Positions 34,523 to 45,588 of a DNA stretch of 57,428 nt are shown here, one piece after another. A program made the position numbers and the translations under genes. Positions within the stretch are counted from its first letter, which is position 1; the number at the start of each line of letters is the position of its first letter. This DNA is from Gemmatimonadaceae bacterium (GTDB lineage Bacteria; Gemmatimonadota; Gemmatimonadetes; Gemmatimonadales; Gemmatimonadaceae): NCBI GenBank assembly GCA_039928475.1, contig JBDSTA010000367.1:1-57428 (forward strand), given 5' to 3'. The notes below the pieces were generated by a model that had not been told where the DNA came from, made no database searches, and saw nothing but the letters and a program-made list of their open reading frames with translations.

Positions 34523-36514
34523 TTAGTGGGCGTCCTCGAGCGGCGTGAGCAGCCACGCGTAGAGTGAAGAGACCATGACCACCGCTCCACCGATCATGAT
34601 GGTGAGTGCGAGCGGGAAGTTGTTCGTGTGGATGAAGAGCAGGCCGGAGAACATGATCACCATGGCCGCGGCGCAGATCAGCGGCTTGATGGTGGGGTTC
34701 GGCATGGGGATGTGAAGCTCCTTGGCCGTCTTGCCCGTGGCGTGCTCGATGTGCATGCCCGACTCCGCCGCCTGCTTCGGCTCGTTGCCGATGGGATTCG
34801 GGTGTCCGTTCGCTGCGTGCTTTCCGGCGACATCCACGTCGAGACGCTTGTCACCATGCTGCGAATGCGGAACCTCGGCGGTGAGCGCCGGGGACTTCAT
34901 GTCCCACATCGGGTAGCGCGACGTCACGCGCGGGATCCTCGCGAAGTTGAACTCGGGCGGCGGCGACGGGATCGACCACTCGAGCGTACCGGCACCCCAC
35001 GGGTCGTTGCCGGCAATCGCGCCCTTCTTGAAGCTCGAGAAGAAATTGTAGAGGAAGGCCAGCGTGCCGATCATCAGGATGACCGTGCCGATGGAGCTCA
35101 TCATGTTGAACGTGTCCCAACCCTGGCCGCCTTCGTACGTGTAGATGCGGCGCGGCATGCCGAGCAGTCCCGAGAAGTGCATCGGGAAGAACGTGAGGTT
35201 CATGCCGATGAACGTCAGCCAGAAGTGCCAGCTGCCGATCTTCTCCGAGAGGAGACGGCCGGTCATCTTCGGGAAGTAGAAGTAGATGCCGCCGAAGATG
35301 CCCATCATCGACCCGCCGAACAGCACGTAGTGGAAGTGCGCGACGATGAAGTAGGTGTCCGTCTGCTGGAGATCGGCCGGCGGCGAGGCGTGCATGACGC
35401 CCGAGATGCCGCCGATGGTGAAGAGGCCCACGAGCCCGATGGCGAACTTCATCGCCGTCGTGAACTTGATGGAGCCGCCCCACATCGTGAAGATCCAGTT
35501 GAAGATCTTCACGCCCGTCGGGATCGCGATGAGCAGCGTGGTGACGCCGAACACCGTGTCGCCGATGGGACCCATGCCGACGGCGAACATGTGGTGCGCC
35601 CACACGCCGAAGCCGAGGAAGGCGATGAGCATGGTCGCGTAGACCATGACCGGGTACCCGAAGATCGGCTTCCGCGAGAACGCGGGGATGATCTCGGACG
35701 TGAGGCCGAACGCCGGCAGGATGAGGATGTACACCTCGGGGTGGCCGAAGACCCAGAAGAGGTGCTGCCAGAGCAGGGGGTCGGCGCCCGCGGCGATCGT
35801 GTAGAAGTTCGTGCCGAAGAAGCGGTCGAACTGGAGGAACACGAGCGCGATCGTGATGACGGGGAACGCGAGCACGAGCAGGAACTGCACGACGAAGGCA
35901 TTCCACGTGAACATCGGCATGCGCATCAGGTTCATCCCTGGCGCGCGCATGTTGATGATCGTGGTGATGAAGTTGAACGCCGCGGCGAGCGAGCTCACAC
36001 CGAGGATCTGGAGGCCGAGCACCCAGAAGTCGATGTTGAGGTGCGGTGAGTACGCCATGGTGGTGAGCGGCGCGTAGCCGAACCATCCGCCGTTCGGGGC
36101 CTGGCCGATGAGCCAGGAGAAGTTCATGAACAGCGCGCCGAACAGGTACACCCAGTAGCTGAACGCGTTGAGTCGCGGGAAGGCGACGTCGCGCGCGCCG
36201 ATCTGCAGCGGGATGAGGTAGTTGAAGAACGCAGCGGACAGCGGCATGATCGCGAGGAAGATCATGGTCGTGCCGTGCATCGTGAACATCTGGTTGTACT
36301 GCTCGGCCGTCAGCACGGTGGCGTTCGGCGTGGCGAGCTGCCAGCGGATCATGCCTGCTTCGAGTCCGCCGACGATGAAGAAGAAGAGTGACGTGAAGAG
36401 ATAGAGCGTGCCGATCCGCTTGTGATCGACCGTCGTGAGCCAGCTCCAGATGCCGCTCTCACCGACGTAGCTCTCCGTCTCCGCGTAGCTCGGGGCGGTA
36501 GCTGTGGTTGCCAT
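34523..36514 (-). CDS. ctaD: Cytochrome c oxidase subunit I, mirror copy
   Basis: Exact mirror of 20915..22906. Confidence 0.93.
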   Translation of the reverse strand: MATTATAPSYAETESYVGESGIWSWLTTVDHKRIGTLYLFTSLFFFIVGGLEAGMIRWQLATPNATVLTAEQYNQMFTMHGTTMIFLAIMPLSAAFFNYLIPLQIGARDVAFPRLNAFSYWVYLFGALFMNFSWLIGQAPNGGWFGYAPLTTMAYSPHLNIDFWVLGLQILGVSSLAAAFNFITTIINMRAPGMNLMRMPMFTWNAFVVQFLLVLAFPVITIALVFLQFDRFFGTNFYTIAAGADPLLWQHLFWVFGHPEVYILILPAFGLTSEIIPAFSRKPIFGYPVMVYATMLIAFLGFGVWAHHMFAVGMGPIGDTVFGVTTLLIAIPTGVKIFNWIFTMWGGSIKFTTAMKFAIGLVGLFTIGGISGVMHASPPADLQQTDTYFIVAHFHYVLFGGSMMGIFGGIYFYFPKMTGRLLSEKIGSWHFWLTFIGMNLTFFPMHFSGLLGMPRRIYTYEGGQGWDTFNMMSSIGTVILMIGTLAFLYNFFSSFKKGAIAGNDPWGAGTLEWSIPSPPPEFNFARIPRVTSRYPMWDMKSPALTAEVPHSQHGDKRLDVDVAGKHAANGHPNPIGNEPKQAAESGMHIEHATGKTAKELHIPMPNPTIKPLICAAAMVIMFSGLLFIHTNNFPLALTIMIGGAVVMVSSLYAWLLTPLEDAH

Positions 36515-36536
36515 TATGTCTGCGTCTCCGGGTCGG

Positions 36537-37934
36537 CTACTTGAGCGCCTGCAGGTACGCCACGATGTCGGCGATCTGCTGGTCGGTGAGTCCCATCTTC
36601 TGCGTCACCTTGAGGACGGGGTCGTACTGCCCGAGGCCGAGCGTGGGCATGATGACGCCCGGCTTCATGATGCGGGAGTTCTTGATCCAGAGCGACAGGT
36701 GCTTCGTGTCGTTCGGGTAGATGCCGCCGGCGATCGTCGTGCGCGAACCGATGTGCGTGAGGTTCGGGCCGATGTTGCCGATCATCATCGGGTTGCCGCG
36801 GATGTTGTGGCATGCGAGGCATCCGCCCGTACCAGCCGTGAGCAACGCGCGTCCCGCCTCGGGGGTGCCCTTCGTCGCCTCATTCCAGTTGACGCCTGCG
36901 GGGATCGGCGTTTTCGGGACGGCGTGCGACGGAATCTTGTCGAGCGGGAAGGAGATGAAGCCCGCCTGCGAGACGTTCATGGCGGCCATGTCGTGGCCGG
37001 CCATCGGCGCGGTGCCCGGTGCGGCCGTCGCAGCCGTGGGCGATTGCGCGAGCGTGGACTGGCCCGGCACGTGCGCGGCCGAGGAGTCCTGGCGCTTCTT
37101 CGTCGTGTCGGTCACGGCGGCGGTCTGCGTCGCCGGCGCCGGCATCGCCGGCGCAGCAGCGGCGCCGAACGCGGCGCCCGACAGCTGGTGCTTCGTCCAC
37201 GCGTCGAAGTTCGCCGGCGTCACCGTGAACGTCTTGAAGTGCATGTTCGCGTGCGACGTGCCGCAGTACTCGACACAGAAGCCGTTCCACGCGCCCTCGC
37301 CCACCGAGTCCGGCGTGAACCAGAGGTAGTTCGTGCGGTTGGCGATGAGGTCGCGCTTGCCGCCCATCTGCGGGATCCAGAAGGAATGGATCACGTCCAC
37401 GGTGCGCAGCGCGAAGTTCACCTTGCGGCCGACGGGGATGTACAGCTCGTTCGCGGTGACGAGCGTGTCGATCTTGCCGTTCGCGCCCTGCGTGGTGTAC
37501 TGCGGGTAGCGTAACTCCCACCACCACTGGTGCCCGTAGACATCGACCTGCAACGCGTCGGCCGAGGCCTTCGCCTGCGTCTTGAAGATCGTCCGCACGG
37601 TGGGCACGGCGATGAACGCGAGGATCAGGGCCGGGATCGCCGTCCACAGGATCTCGAGCGTCGTGTTGCCGTGCACGTGCTTGGGCCGATCGTTCTCGCT
37701 CTTCCGGCGATAGCGGAAGATCGTGTACAGGAGGATCGCCTCGACGAAGATGAAGACGAATGTCCCCAGCCAGATGAGGATGTCGAAGAGATGGCCTACG
37801 TCGCGGTTGAACTCCGTATGCGAATGGAAGATGGAGTTCGGATACTGCGCGTAGCTGAGCGCAGGTACGGCAACCGCGAGGAGGGCCGGCAGCGCAGCGG
37901 CGAGCAGCCGGCGCGGTCGGGTGGGGAAGGGCAT
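36537..37934 (-). CDS. ctaC: Cytochrome c oxidase subunit II-cytochrome c fusion, mirror copy
   Basis: Exact mirror of 19495..20892. Confidence 0.9.
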   Translation of the reverse strand: MPFPTRPRRLLAAALPALLAVAVPALSYAQYPNSIFHSHTEFNRDVGHLFDILIWLGTFVFIFVEAILLYTIFRYRRKSENDRPKHVHGNTTLEILWTAIPALILAFIAVPTVRTIFKTQAKASADALQVDVYGHQWWWELRYPQYTTQGANGKIDTLVTANELYIPVGRKVNFALRTVDVIHSFWIPQMGGKRDLIANRTNYLWFTPDSVGEGAWNGFCVEYCGTSHANMHFKTFTVTPANFDAWTKHQLSGAAFGAAAAPAMPAPATQTAAVTDTTKKRQDSSAAHVPGQSTLAQSPTAATAAPGTAPMAGHDMAAMNVSQAGFISFPLDKIPSHAVPKTPIPAGVNWNEATKGTPEAGRALLTAGTGGCLACHNIRGNPMMIGNIGPNLTHIGSRTTIAGGIYPNDTKHLSLWIKNSRIMKPGVIMPTLGLGQYDPVLKVTQKMGLTDQQIADIVAYLQALK

Positions 37935-38115
37935 GCGATGTCCTTGTTCCGACAGTGTCGTGAGATGCGCGATCACTCGTGGAATGACGCGCCCTTGCGA
38001 AGACCTACAAGCCGGGAAAACTACCGGGCACCGGAGGCGAAAGCAACGCGAAAACACGGGGTTGTCGGAGGTGTAGGAGATTCCCCCACACCGGGTTACG
38101 TGCCCTCGCCCGAGC

Positions 38116-38511
38116 TTACTCGCCGGGCTTCCGTGCCCCTTCCTTGATCTCCTCGATCACCGCGTGGTTTTCCTTGATCCGGACGATGGCGATCTCGAGT
38201 TGCTGCCTGAGCGACGCGACGCCTTCGCGGAGGTTCCGGATCTTCGCGGTCTCGCTCCCTCCGCGCCCGGCAATCAGGTTCATCGCAGCGGCCTGATCCG
38301 AGATGAGTCCGAACTGCGGCTTGAGGAAGCCCACGAGCGGCGTGATGGTGCGCTTCACCTGCTGGCTGAACATGCCGGTGGGCTTGTTCTGCTTGAGGGC
38401 GAGCGCATAGAGCTCGACGGTGGCATGCAGCCGCTGGTGCATGACGAAGGCCTCGTCGATGGTCTTCAGCTTCTGCGTACCGGCGGCATCCAGTTTTACC
38501 AGTCCAGCCAT
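38116..38511 (-). CDS. Small hypothetical protein, mirror copy
   Basis: Exact mirror of 18918..19313. Confidence 0.58.
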   Translation of the reverse strand: MAGLVKLDAAGTQKLKTIDEAFVMHQRLHATVELYALALKQNKPTGMFSQQVKRTITPLVGFLKPQFGLISDQAAAMNLIAGRGGSETAKIRNLREGVASLRQQLEIAIVRIKENHAVIEEIKEGARKPGE

Positions 38512-38529
38512 TTCAGCTCCGGAAACAGG

Positions 38530-38615
38530 GTCTGACAGTCCGACAGTCCGACAGTCAGGACAGTCAAGGCCAAGCGACTGTCAGACTGTCAGACTGTCCC
38601 GACTGCCAGACTGCC
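38530..38615. repeat. GACWGTC 8-nt-phased repeat hairpin, mirror copy
   Basis: Exact mirror of 18814..18899. Confidence 0.9.
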
Positions 38616-38617
38616 CT

Positions 38618-39685
38618 TCACTTCACCCTCTCCAACTTACCGTTCGGCCTCAGCTCCCGCCCCGCCTTCGCCTGCGGCTTCCCGTCCACGCGCACGACGT
38701 CGGCCGTGAAGTCCCACCGGCCCTCGTGCACCGCGGTGCCCACACCGTAGGCGTCCACCGGCACCCCGTCGTCCTCGAACTGCGTGATCCGCTCGGCGTC
38801 GAATCCGCCGGACACCACGATCTTCACGTCCCCGAAGCCCTCGGCGTCCAGCGCATTGCGCACGTTCCACACGAGCGCGGCGTTCACGCCATTGGGTCGA
38901 AAGGTCCCCATCAGGGACACCACCGAGGTGTCCACCATGTTCTCGCTCGTGTCCAGGCGGACGCCCCAGAGGCGGTCTTCCAGCGCGCGCGCGACGGCGA
39001 CGCTCGTCGCCACGCAGTCGTTGTCGTAGTCGGCGAGCACGACGAGCGGCACATCGTCCGGCAGGATGTCCGCCATCGCCTTCGCCGCGGCGACGGTGTC
39101 GCCGCCGAAGGCCGCGATGAGCGAGTGCGGGATCGTCCCCGCACCCTTCTTTCCCGTGAACGCGCCCTGCGCATCGGTGGAGACGCTCGCGGCGCCGCCC
39201 GCATTCGCGCTGTAGCCGTCGCCGGGCTGGAGCAGCGCGTGGTCGCCGCGCGCACCGAAATAGTAGAGCGGCTTGGGGCGCGCGGCGTCCACCATCTCGC
39301 GCACGTTCGTGCACACGCGCGTGCGGCGTGCGAGGGTGCCGAGGATCAGCGTTTCGAGATGCGCGAACGACGCATACTCGCCCTCCACCAGCAGCACGGT
39401 ATCCCACGCCTCGGCGAAGTCGCCCTCGTAGAGTGCGTTGACCTCGAGCGCCGCGAAGTCGTCGCTGCCGAGCTTCAGCAGCGCGACGGCTTCGTCGATG
39501 CCGCCGAGCCATCCGTCGCGCTTGGCGGACACCTGCCACGTCACGCGCGCCGCGCGACCCTTCTTCGCGCGCAGCGCCTCGCGCGCACGATTGAGGTAGA
39601 CGTCCGTATAGAAGCCGGACTGGATCCGCTCGACCGGCAGCTCGAAGTGCGCGGGGTCGATGCGCTTGCGACGTCGCGGTGCCAT
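38618..39685 (-). CDS. NAPRTase-like type II phosphoribosyltransferase, mirror copy
   Basis: Exact mirror of 17744..18811. Confidence 0.68.
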   Translation of the reverse strand: MAPRRRKRIDPAHFELPVERIQSGFYTDVYLNRAREALRAKKGRAARVTWQVSAKRDGWLGGIDEAVALLKLGSDDFAALEVNALYEGDFAEAWDTVLLVEGEYASFAHLETLILGTLARRTRVCTNVREMVDAARPKPLYYFGARGDHALLQPGDGYSANAGGAASVSTDAQGAFTGKKGAGTIPHSLIAAFGGDTVAAAKAMADILPDDVPLVVLADYDNDCVATSVAVARALEDRLWGVRLDTSENMVDTSVVSLMGTFRPNGVNAALVWNVRNALDAEGFGDVKIVVSGGFDAERITQFEDDGVPVDAYGVGTAVHEGRWDFTADVVRVDGKPQAKAGRELRPNGKLERVK

Positions 39686-39691
39686 GGCGCG

Positions 39692-41563
39692 CTACTTCGG
39701 CGCGCTGGCGGGACCCGTCATCGCCTCGGGGTTGAGCGCCTGGTCGAGCTGCTCGCGCGTGAGGAGCTTTCGCTCCATGACGAGCTCGTACACGCCGCGG
39801 CCGCTCGCGAGCGCGTCGCGCGCGATCTCGGTGCTCGCCTCGTAACCAATGACCGGCACCAATGCAGTGACGATTCCAATGGACTGCTCGACGAACTGAC
39901 GCATGCGGTCCGGATTCGCGGTGATGCCCGTGATGCAGCGCTCGCGCAGCACGATGCACGCATTCGTCAGCGCGTCGATGCCGCCGAGCAGGCGATAGGC
40001 GATGACCGGCTCGAACACGTTGAGCTGGAGCTGGCCCGCTTCTGCCGCCATCGTGACGGTGACGTCGCCGCCGATGATGTCGAAGCACACCTGGTTCACG
40101 ACTTCGGGAATGACCGGGTTCACCTTGCCCGGCATGATCGACGAGCCAGGCTGCATCGGGGGCAGGTTGATCTCGCCGAATCCGGCGCGCGGCCCCGAGG
40201 AGAGCAGGCGAAGGTCGTTGCAGATCTTCGACAGCTTCACCGCGCAGCGCTTCAACACGCCGGAGAGCTGCACGAACGATCCCGTGTCCGCCGTGGCCTC
40301 GACGAGGTCGGGCGCGGTGATGAGCTCGAGGCCCGTGATGCGCGAGAGATGCGCGCGCACGGCCTCGGGATAGCCCTTCGGCGCGTTGATGCCCGTGCCG
40401 ATCGCCGTCGCGCCCATGTTGATCTCGCGGATGAGCGCCTGCGCCTCGCCGAGGCGGTCCACGTCCTCCTGGATCGTGTGCCCGAACGCGGTGAACTCCT
40501 GGCCGAGGGTCATCGGCACGGCGTCCTGGAGCTGCGTGCGTCCCATCTTGATGAAGGGCCCGAACTCGACGCCCTTCGCGAGGAACGCCTCCACCAGCTT
40601 CCGCATCGACTCGCGGAGGTCCTCAATCGCGATGTGCAGCGCGATCTTCACCGACGTCGGGTAGACGTCGTTGGTGGACTGGCTGAGGTTGACGTGGTTG
40701 TTCGGGTGGACGTACTGGTATTCGCCGCGCGAATGGCCGGAGAGCTCGAGCGCGCGATTCGCGATCACCTCGTTCGCATTCATGTTGGTGGACGTGCCGG
40801 CCCCGCCCTGGATCATGTCCACCATGAAGTGCTCGTGGTGGCGGCCCGCGCGAATCTCCGCGGCGGCGCGCCCGATCGCATCGGCGACGTCGGCAGGGAG
40901 CAGGCCCAGGTCGGCGTTCGCGCGCGCGGCGGCTTCCTTCACCGCGGCAATCGCCTCGATCATGTCGGGGAACTCGCGAAGCGGCACGCCGGTGATCGCG
41001 AAGTTCTCCAGCGCGCGCAGCGTCTGCACGCCGTAGAGCGCATCGTCAGGGACGTCGCGCTCGCCGAGCAGGTCGTGCTCCTTGCGCGTCTTCGCGCTGC
41101 CGAAGCCGAGGCTGCGTCCGCGGCCCACGAGCGTGGCGTCCACGGCGGAGAGGCGCTGCTTGATGGCGCGCGCGGCCCGTGCGACGAGTGCCGCGTACAG
41201 CTGCGGCGCCTCGCGCAGCATGTCGGCCACCTGGTCCTTCGTGAGGATGTACGCGCGCGTCTTCGCGAGGGCGCGCGCGCTGGTGCCGTGGATCGAGTCG
41301 TCGAGCAGCAGGCCTTCGCCCACGGCCTCGCCGGCGCCGAACGTGGCGAGCCGAACGGGGCGCGTGTTCTTGCCTTTCTCGATGGCCACGGCGCCGGACT
41401 CGATGAAGGCCATGATGCGCCGCGCGTCGCCTTCCTCGAACAGGAGCGCGTCGCACTCGAAGTCGGTGAGCGTGACGATCTTCGAGAGCTGGTGGACGGC
41501 CGTGTCGGTCAGGCCATCGAGAAAGCGGAGCGAGCGGAGCTCGTCACGGACGGTGGAGGACAT
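39692..41563 (-). CDS. aspA: cNMP-binding-domain::aspartate ammonia-lyase fusion, mirror copy
   Basis: Exact mirror of 15866..17737. Confidence 0.83.
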   Translation of the reverse strand: MSSTVRDELRSLRFLDGLTDTAVHQLSKIVTLTDFECDALLFEEGDARRIMAFIESGAVAIEKGKNTRPVRLATFGAGEAVGEGLLLDDSIHGTSARALAKTRAYILTKDQVADMLREAPQLYAALVARAARAIKQRLSAVDATLVGRGRSLGFGSAKTRKEHDLLGERDVPDDALYGVQTLRALENFAITGVPLREFPDMIEAIAAVKEAAARANADLGLLPADVADAIGRAAAEIRAGRHHEHFMVDMIQGGAGTSTNMNANEVIANRALELSGHSRGEYQYVHPNNHVNLSQSTNDVYPTSVKIALHIAIEDLRESMRKLVEAFLAKGVEFGPFIKMGRTQLQDAVPMTLGQEFTAFGHTIQEDVDRLGEAQALIREINMGATAIGTGINAPKGYPEAVRAHLSRITGLELITAPDLVEATADTGSFVQLSGVLKRCAVKLSKICNDLRLLSSGPRAGFGEINLPPMQPGSSIMPGKVNPVIPEVVNQVCFDIIGGDVTVTMAAEAGQLQLNVFEPVIAYRLLGGIDALTNACIVLRERCITGITANPDRMRQFVEQSIGIVTALVPVIGYEASTEIARDALASGRGVYELVMERKLLTREQLDQALNPEAMTGPASAPK

Positions 41564-41594
41564 GCGCGAAGCTTACAGGCCGCGCCGGGCCGTG

Positions 41595-42461
41595 TCATGG
41601 GCCGCTGGCGCCCCCCCTCGTCACTGGTGTCGTGGCGTGGTACAAGCTCAATGACGTGGCGGTCGTGCCCGCTCCAACCGTGAGCACATATACCCCCCGC
41701 TCCGCTCCCGGAGGCATGCAGACCATGACCCTGACGGGATTGCCGGGAATCCGTGAATTCCTCGGTGCAGGACAGCCAGGCGCCATCTTGACCTCCGCCA
41801 CGGAGTCCGCGCTGAACCGGCGTTGGAGCTTCAAGCCGTCCAGCTTCACCTGCTGCGCGGTATGCATGACGATCTCGATGCGCGAGCGGTTGGCGCTTGT
41901 GTCCGATGGGTGCGACACGCGGATGGGGATGAACATGCTGTCGCCCTCCTGCGCCCCCGGCAGGTGTGCCGCTCCCTGCACCGATACATAGATGGGCTTC
42001 AGGTCGTCATCGGGACCGAGGGTGGCCACCGGCCACATGCCGAACTTGCGCAGCAGGGCGGTGGGCCAGCTCCACTTGCCTACCCCGTTCGCACCGGTCT
42101 TCACCTCCGCGTCGAGCTTGTAGTCGGGCCGGGAATCGTCCGTGACCTGTCGTCCGGTGAGGTGAACCACCGCACCCGGAGGCGCCATCCACTGTACGCT
42201 GAGTGAGTCGGTCTTCTTGAGCACCTTCGCCACGATGGGATCAGCGGCGAGCGTCAGGGCGTCGACGGTCAGGATACGGTTGCCCACGGAGCGCTTGTAC
42301 TTGCCTTCGCACCAGCCCGACGCGCCGCCGCGCACCTTGTAGCTGTCGTCGTCGCCGCCGGCTCGCGGGTTGAGCTGGTTGTCGCACCCCGCGGGCAGCT
42401 GCTGGGCCTGCACCTGCAGCGCGAGCAGCGACGACAGTGCCGTGAGCGATGCCGTGCGCAT
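41595..42461 (-). CDS. Secreted hypothetical protein, mirror copy
   Basis: Exact mirror of 14968..15834. Confidence 0.62.
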   Translation of the reverse strand: MRTASLTALSSLLALQVQAQQLPAGCDNQLNPRAGGDDDSYKVRGGASGWCEGKYKRSVGNRILTVDALTLAADPIVAKVLKKTDSLSVQWMAPPGAVVHLTGRQVTDDSRPDYKLDAEVKTGANGVGKWSWPTALLRKFGMWPVATLGPDDDLKPIYVSVQGAAHLPGAQEGDSMFIPIRVSHPSDTSANRSRIEIVMHTAQQVKLDGLKLQRRFSADSVAEVKMAPGCPAPRNSRIPGNPVRVMVCMPPGAERGVYVLTVGAGTTATSLSLYHATTPVTRGGASGP

Positions 42462-43810
42462 CAACGTTCCCATCTGAGTCCTCCGCCGAAGAAAAAAGTA
42501 GGAAGCACGGGCGCGTGCGGTGTCAGCGAGAAGCTCCAGTGCGCCATGGTTGCCGTGAGGCGATAGTGCGGACGTATGAGGTAGCCCGCCTCGACACCGC
42601 CGCCCACGCCGATGCCGTCCTGATGCTCCCGCACCCACAGCGGCACGTAGCGGGGGCTCGACGCATCGCTCCCCGTTTCGTAGTAGCCCCCCGCGTCGTA
42701 CCGCGTCTCCACGCGCCCGAGCCCGAAGTCGGCGAACGGCTCGATCGTCAGGCGGTCCACGCGCACCTGGAAGCTTGCGCCCGCCAGCGCGGCATTCACG
42801 GTCATGTTGTACGGCGAGAGCCGAACGAGTGAACCCTGCAGCGCGAAGGGCGACGCACCCCGCCGAGAGAGCGTGATGCGCGAGCTCGGCGAGCGCCAGC
42901 CGGCGGCCACCGAGTCCGGGACGGCCACATGGTCCGAGCTCGCGAGGAACGTCATGGACAGCACGCGGTGATAACCCGCACGCGGATACGTCGGCAAGGT
43001 GATGCCAACGGGGACGCATGCGCGCACGAGCATATCCACGGCGTCGCGCATTGGCAGCGCCTCGGCGATCGGCGTATCACGCGTGATGACGAGGCCCACC
43101 ACTTCCCACCACTGATTGAAGAGCGCGCCGCCGGAGCTGCCGGGGCGTACGAATGCCGTCTGGAAGAGCAGTTGTGGACGAAGCCCGATGACGCGATCGG
43201 TACTGGCCGGAACGCGCCAGCATTCGCCGGACGGGCAGCCAAGCGGGATGACCGGATCGCCGAAGCCGAGCGCGCGCGCGTCGCCGAGGCGGTTCAGCTC
43301 TCGCGGCAGGAGCGTCACGGCGATGCCATCGCGTGGGCGCGGCACGACGAGCAGCGCGAGATCGGCACCCTCGATGCGCGCGCTGTCCGCGGTCACGCCC
43401 AGGAGCGCGATTCTCGCCGCAGCAGTGTCACGGCGCGCGAGCGCGGCAGTGAGCGCAGCCCGGGAGCCGGCGACATACGCGGAATCCAGGAGCACCACGT
43501 GCGCGACGGACTTCGCTGCGGAATCCTGCCCGAAGAAGGTGACGTAGACCGAGTCCGCAATCACATACTCGCCTTCCTCGCCTTCGGCCACGACGTGACG
43601 GGCGGTAGCGATGTAAACGTTGCGTTCGTCGAGCCCCACCACGACGCCGGCGCCCGACTCGCGCGGGAGGAAGGTGCCGCTGGCGGACTTCACGCGCGTG
43701 ACGATCTTCACCACGAGCGAGAGCACCCCGTCTGGCGGCGGCGCGTTCTGCGCCTGCGCCGGATGCGCCATGGCGAGGAGCAGGACGACGGCCCACCAGC
43801 GAGCGCTCAT
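42461..43810 (-). CDS. Secreted trypsin-like serine protease with beta-barrel-like tail, mirror copy
   Basis: Exact mirror of 13619..14968. Confidence 0.78.
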   Translation of the reverse strand: MSARWWAVVLLLAMAHPAQAQNAPPPDGVLSLVVKIVTRVKSASGTFLPRESGAGVVVGLDERNVYIATARHVVAEGEEGEYVIADSVYVTFFGQDSAAKSVAHVVLLDSAYVAGSRAALTAALARRDTAAARIALLGVTADSARIEGADLALLVVPRPRDGIAVTLLPRELNRLGDARALGFGDPVIPLGCPSGECWRVPASTDRVIGLRPQLLFQTAFVRPGSSGGALFNQWWEVVGLVITRDTPIAEALPMRDAVDMLVRACVPVGITLPTYPRAGYHRVLSMTFLASSDHVAVPDSVAAGWRSPSSRITLSRRGASPFALQGSLVRLSPYNMTVNAALAGASFQVRVDRLTIEPFADFGLGRVETRYDAGGYYETGSDASSPRYVPLWVREHQDGIGVGGGVEAGYLIRPHYRLTATMAHWSFSLTPHAPVLPTFFFGGGLRWER

Positions 43811-45585
43811 GCGCGTCTCCGGTTGCGGGCGAGCGCCAGGAGGCCGAATGTGACGGCCGCCGCGAGCACCGCGCCGCCGAGGAGCGCAGGGATCAGCGCG
43901 ACGCGCATGAGATGCTCGAGCCGCGTTGGTATCCCATTGCGAAGCGCACCCCCGTCTGAGAGGGAGAGCGAATCCGCCTCACCGCTGAACGTCACCTGGA
44001 CATTCTTGCGGTCCGCGGAGAGCGTGAGGCCATCGATGCTCAGCGTGCCGCGAGGAATGACGAGCTTGTCACGCTCGTTCAGCCGCATGTCCGTGGTGCT
44101 GCCGTCCAGGCGCACTGCCGCCTGCACCACACTCGACAGGTCCACGTTGTCGTTCTTGTCGTTGCGCGCGCTGGCGGCGAAGTCGAGTCCCTTCGCCGTG
44201 AGCGGGAGCCGCAGCATCGCGGGCGCTTCGGGCATCAGGGTGACCAGCAGCTTGAGCGGCGCCGCTGCGCGGCGGACCTCCACGGAATCCGACGCCACCC
44301 GCGTGCCTGGCAGCGGTGGGAAGGTTATGTCCGTGGTAGTTCCGTCATGCGTCTCCATGAGTGCGCCGCTCCGTACCGGCATCGGGAGCGATCCCGGCAC
44401 GGCGGCACCCGCGAACACGAGCAGGTAAGTGCCGACGGACTCCGCGCGCAGCGAGAAGAGCGTGTCAGCGCCGGAAGGCTTGGTCAGGTCTACCGCAACC
44501 ATCGACGGTCCGGTCGAGTCCGCGGCCCCGAGGAAGACCTCGTCGGTGATGCTCGCGATCCGTCCACCGCTGGTGGAAGGGTACGTCAGCCCGGTGAGGC
44601 CCGACGCCACGACGCTGCGAGCGTCCACGCGGCCCACGTTGGAGGTTTGCAGCGGAAGCACCGTTGCAGGCGCCACCGTGAAGCGAACAGCTGTTGCGTC
44701 GACCGTTCCTTCGATGTGCACGCGCGGCATGCGCATCTGCTCGAGTGCGAGCGCTCCGGCAAGGACGACTCCCAGTCCACCGGCTGCAGCGCCGGCGAAC
44801 ACGAGCGACTGCCGGCCAGTGGCGCGCGTGAGCTCGGCGATCTGTGTGCCGAGCGGGTTGCGGTCGATGCGCGGAAGGGCATCGATGCCGAAGTCGCCGG
44901 CCCAGAGATCGTTCGCGGTGCCGCCTGCACCGACTTTCTTCTTCTTGAGGATGGCCCGCACCGGGCACGCGTAGAGCGTGGCCATCTCGGTGCGACCGTC
45001 CTTCATGAGCGCCGCGCGCATCACGCCCACGAGATGGCCGTCGATCACGACCGGAGCACCGCTCAACCCCTTCGACATCCCGCCCGCGCCGGCGCCGACC
45101 TGCGTGCACATGAGCTGCAGCGCATCGACCTGCTCGAACGTGCCGTTCGCCGCCTCGACCTTGCCCGAGATCACCATGCCGTCCGGCTGTGCATCGGGAA
45201 AGCCGAAGCTCTTCCACTCGCGATCGTCCTCCGCGAGCGACGCCAGCTTCATGGGAGCGACCGTCGACGATTCTGCGAGCTCGATCAGCGCCCAGTCGTC
45301 CTTCGGGTCCCATCCGTCGGAGACGATGGCGCCGGTGGTGGACGTGCCGCCCTGGAACGTCAGCCGGAGGGACACGCCCTTGGGCGTGAGCGACTCCGAC
45401 TTGCGGAACGCCACGACGTGCAGCGCCGTGAGCACGAGACTCGGCGCGACGAGCGTGCCCGTGCCGCGGCTGACGTTCTGCCCCGTGGCGTCGAAGGCCT
45501 CGATGAGGACGATCGCGCTGCGGTCGAACGTCGTGAACGGCGTTAGCGGATCGGTGTCATCCGCTATGCCCGCTGATTCCGTCAT
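43807..45585 (-). CDS. Membrane-anchored trypsin-like serine protease, mirror copy
   Basis: Exact mirror of 11844..13622. Confidence 0.78.
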   Translation of the reverse strand: MTESAGIADDTDPLTPFTTFDRSAIVLIEAFDATGQNVSRGTGTLVAPSLVLTALHVVAFRKSESLTPKGVSLRLTFQGGTSTTGAIVSDGWDPKDDWALIELAESSTVAPMKLASLAEDDREWKSFGFPDAQPDGMVISGKVEAANGTFEQVDALQLMCTQVGAGAGGMSKGLSGAPVVIDGHLVGVMRAALMKDGRTEMATLYACPVRAILKKKKVGAGGTANDLWAGDFGIDALPRIDRNPLGTQIAELTRATGRQSLVFAGAAAGGLGVVLAGALALEQMRMPRVHIEGTVDATAVRFTVAPATVLPLQTSNVGRVDARSVVASGLTGLTYPSTSGGRIASITDEVFLGAADSTGPSMVAVDLTKPSGADTLFSLRAESVGTYLLVFAGAAVPGSLPMPVRSGALMETHDGTTTDITFPPLPGTRVASDSVEVRRAAAPLKLLVTLMPEAPAMLRLPLTAKGLDFAASARNDKNDNVDLSSVVQAAVRLDGSTTDMRLNERDKLVIPRGTLSIDGLTLSADRKNVQVTFSGEADSLSLSDGGALRNGIPTRLEHLMRVALIPALLGGAVLAAAVTFGLLALARNRRRA

Positions 45586-45588
45586 CTC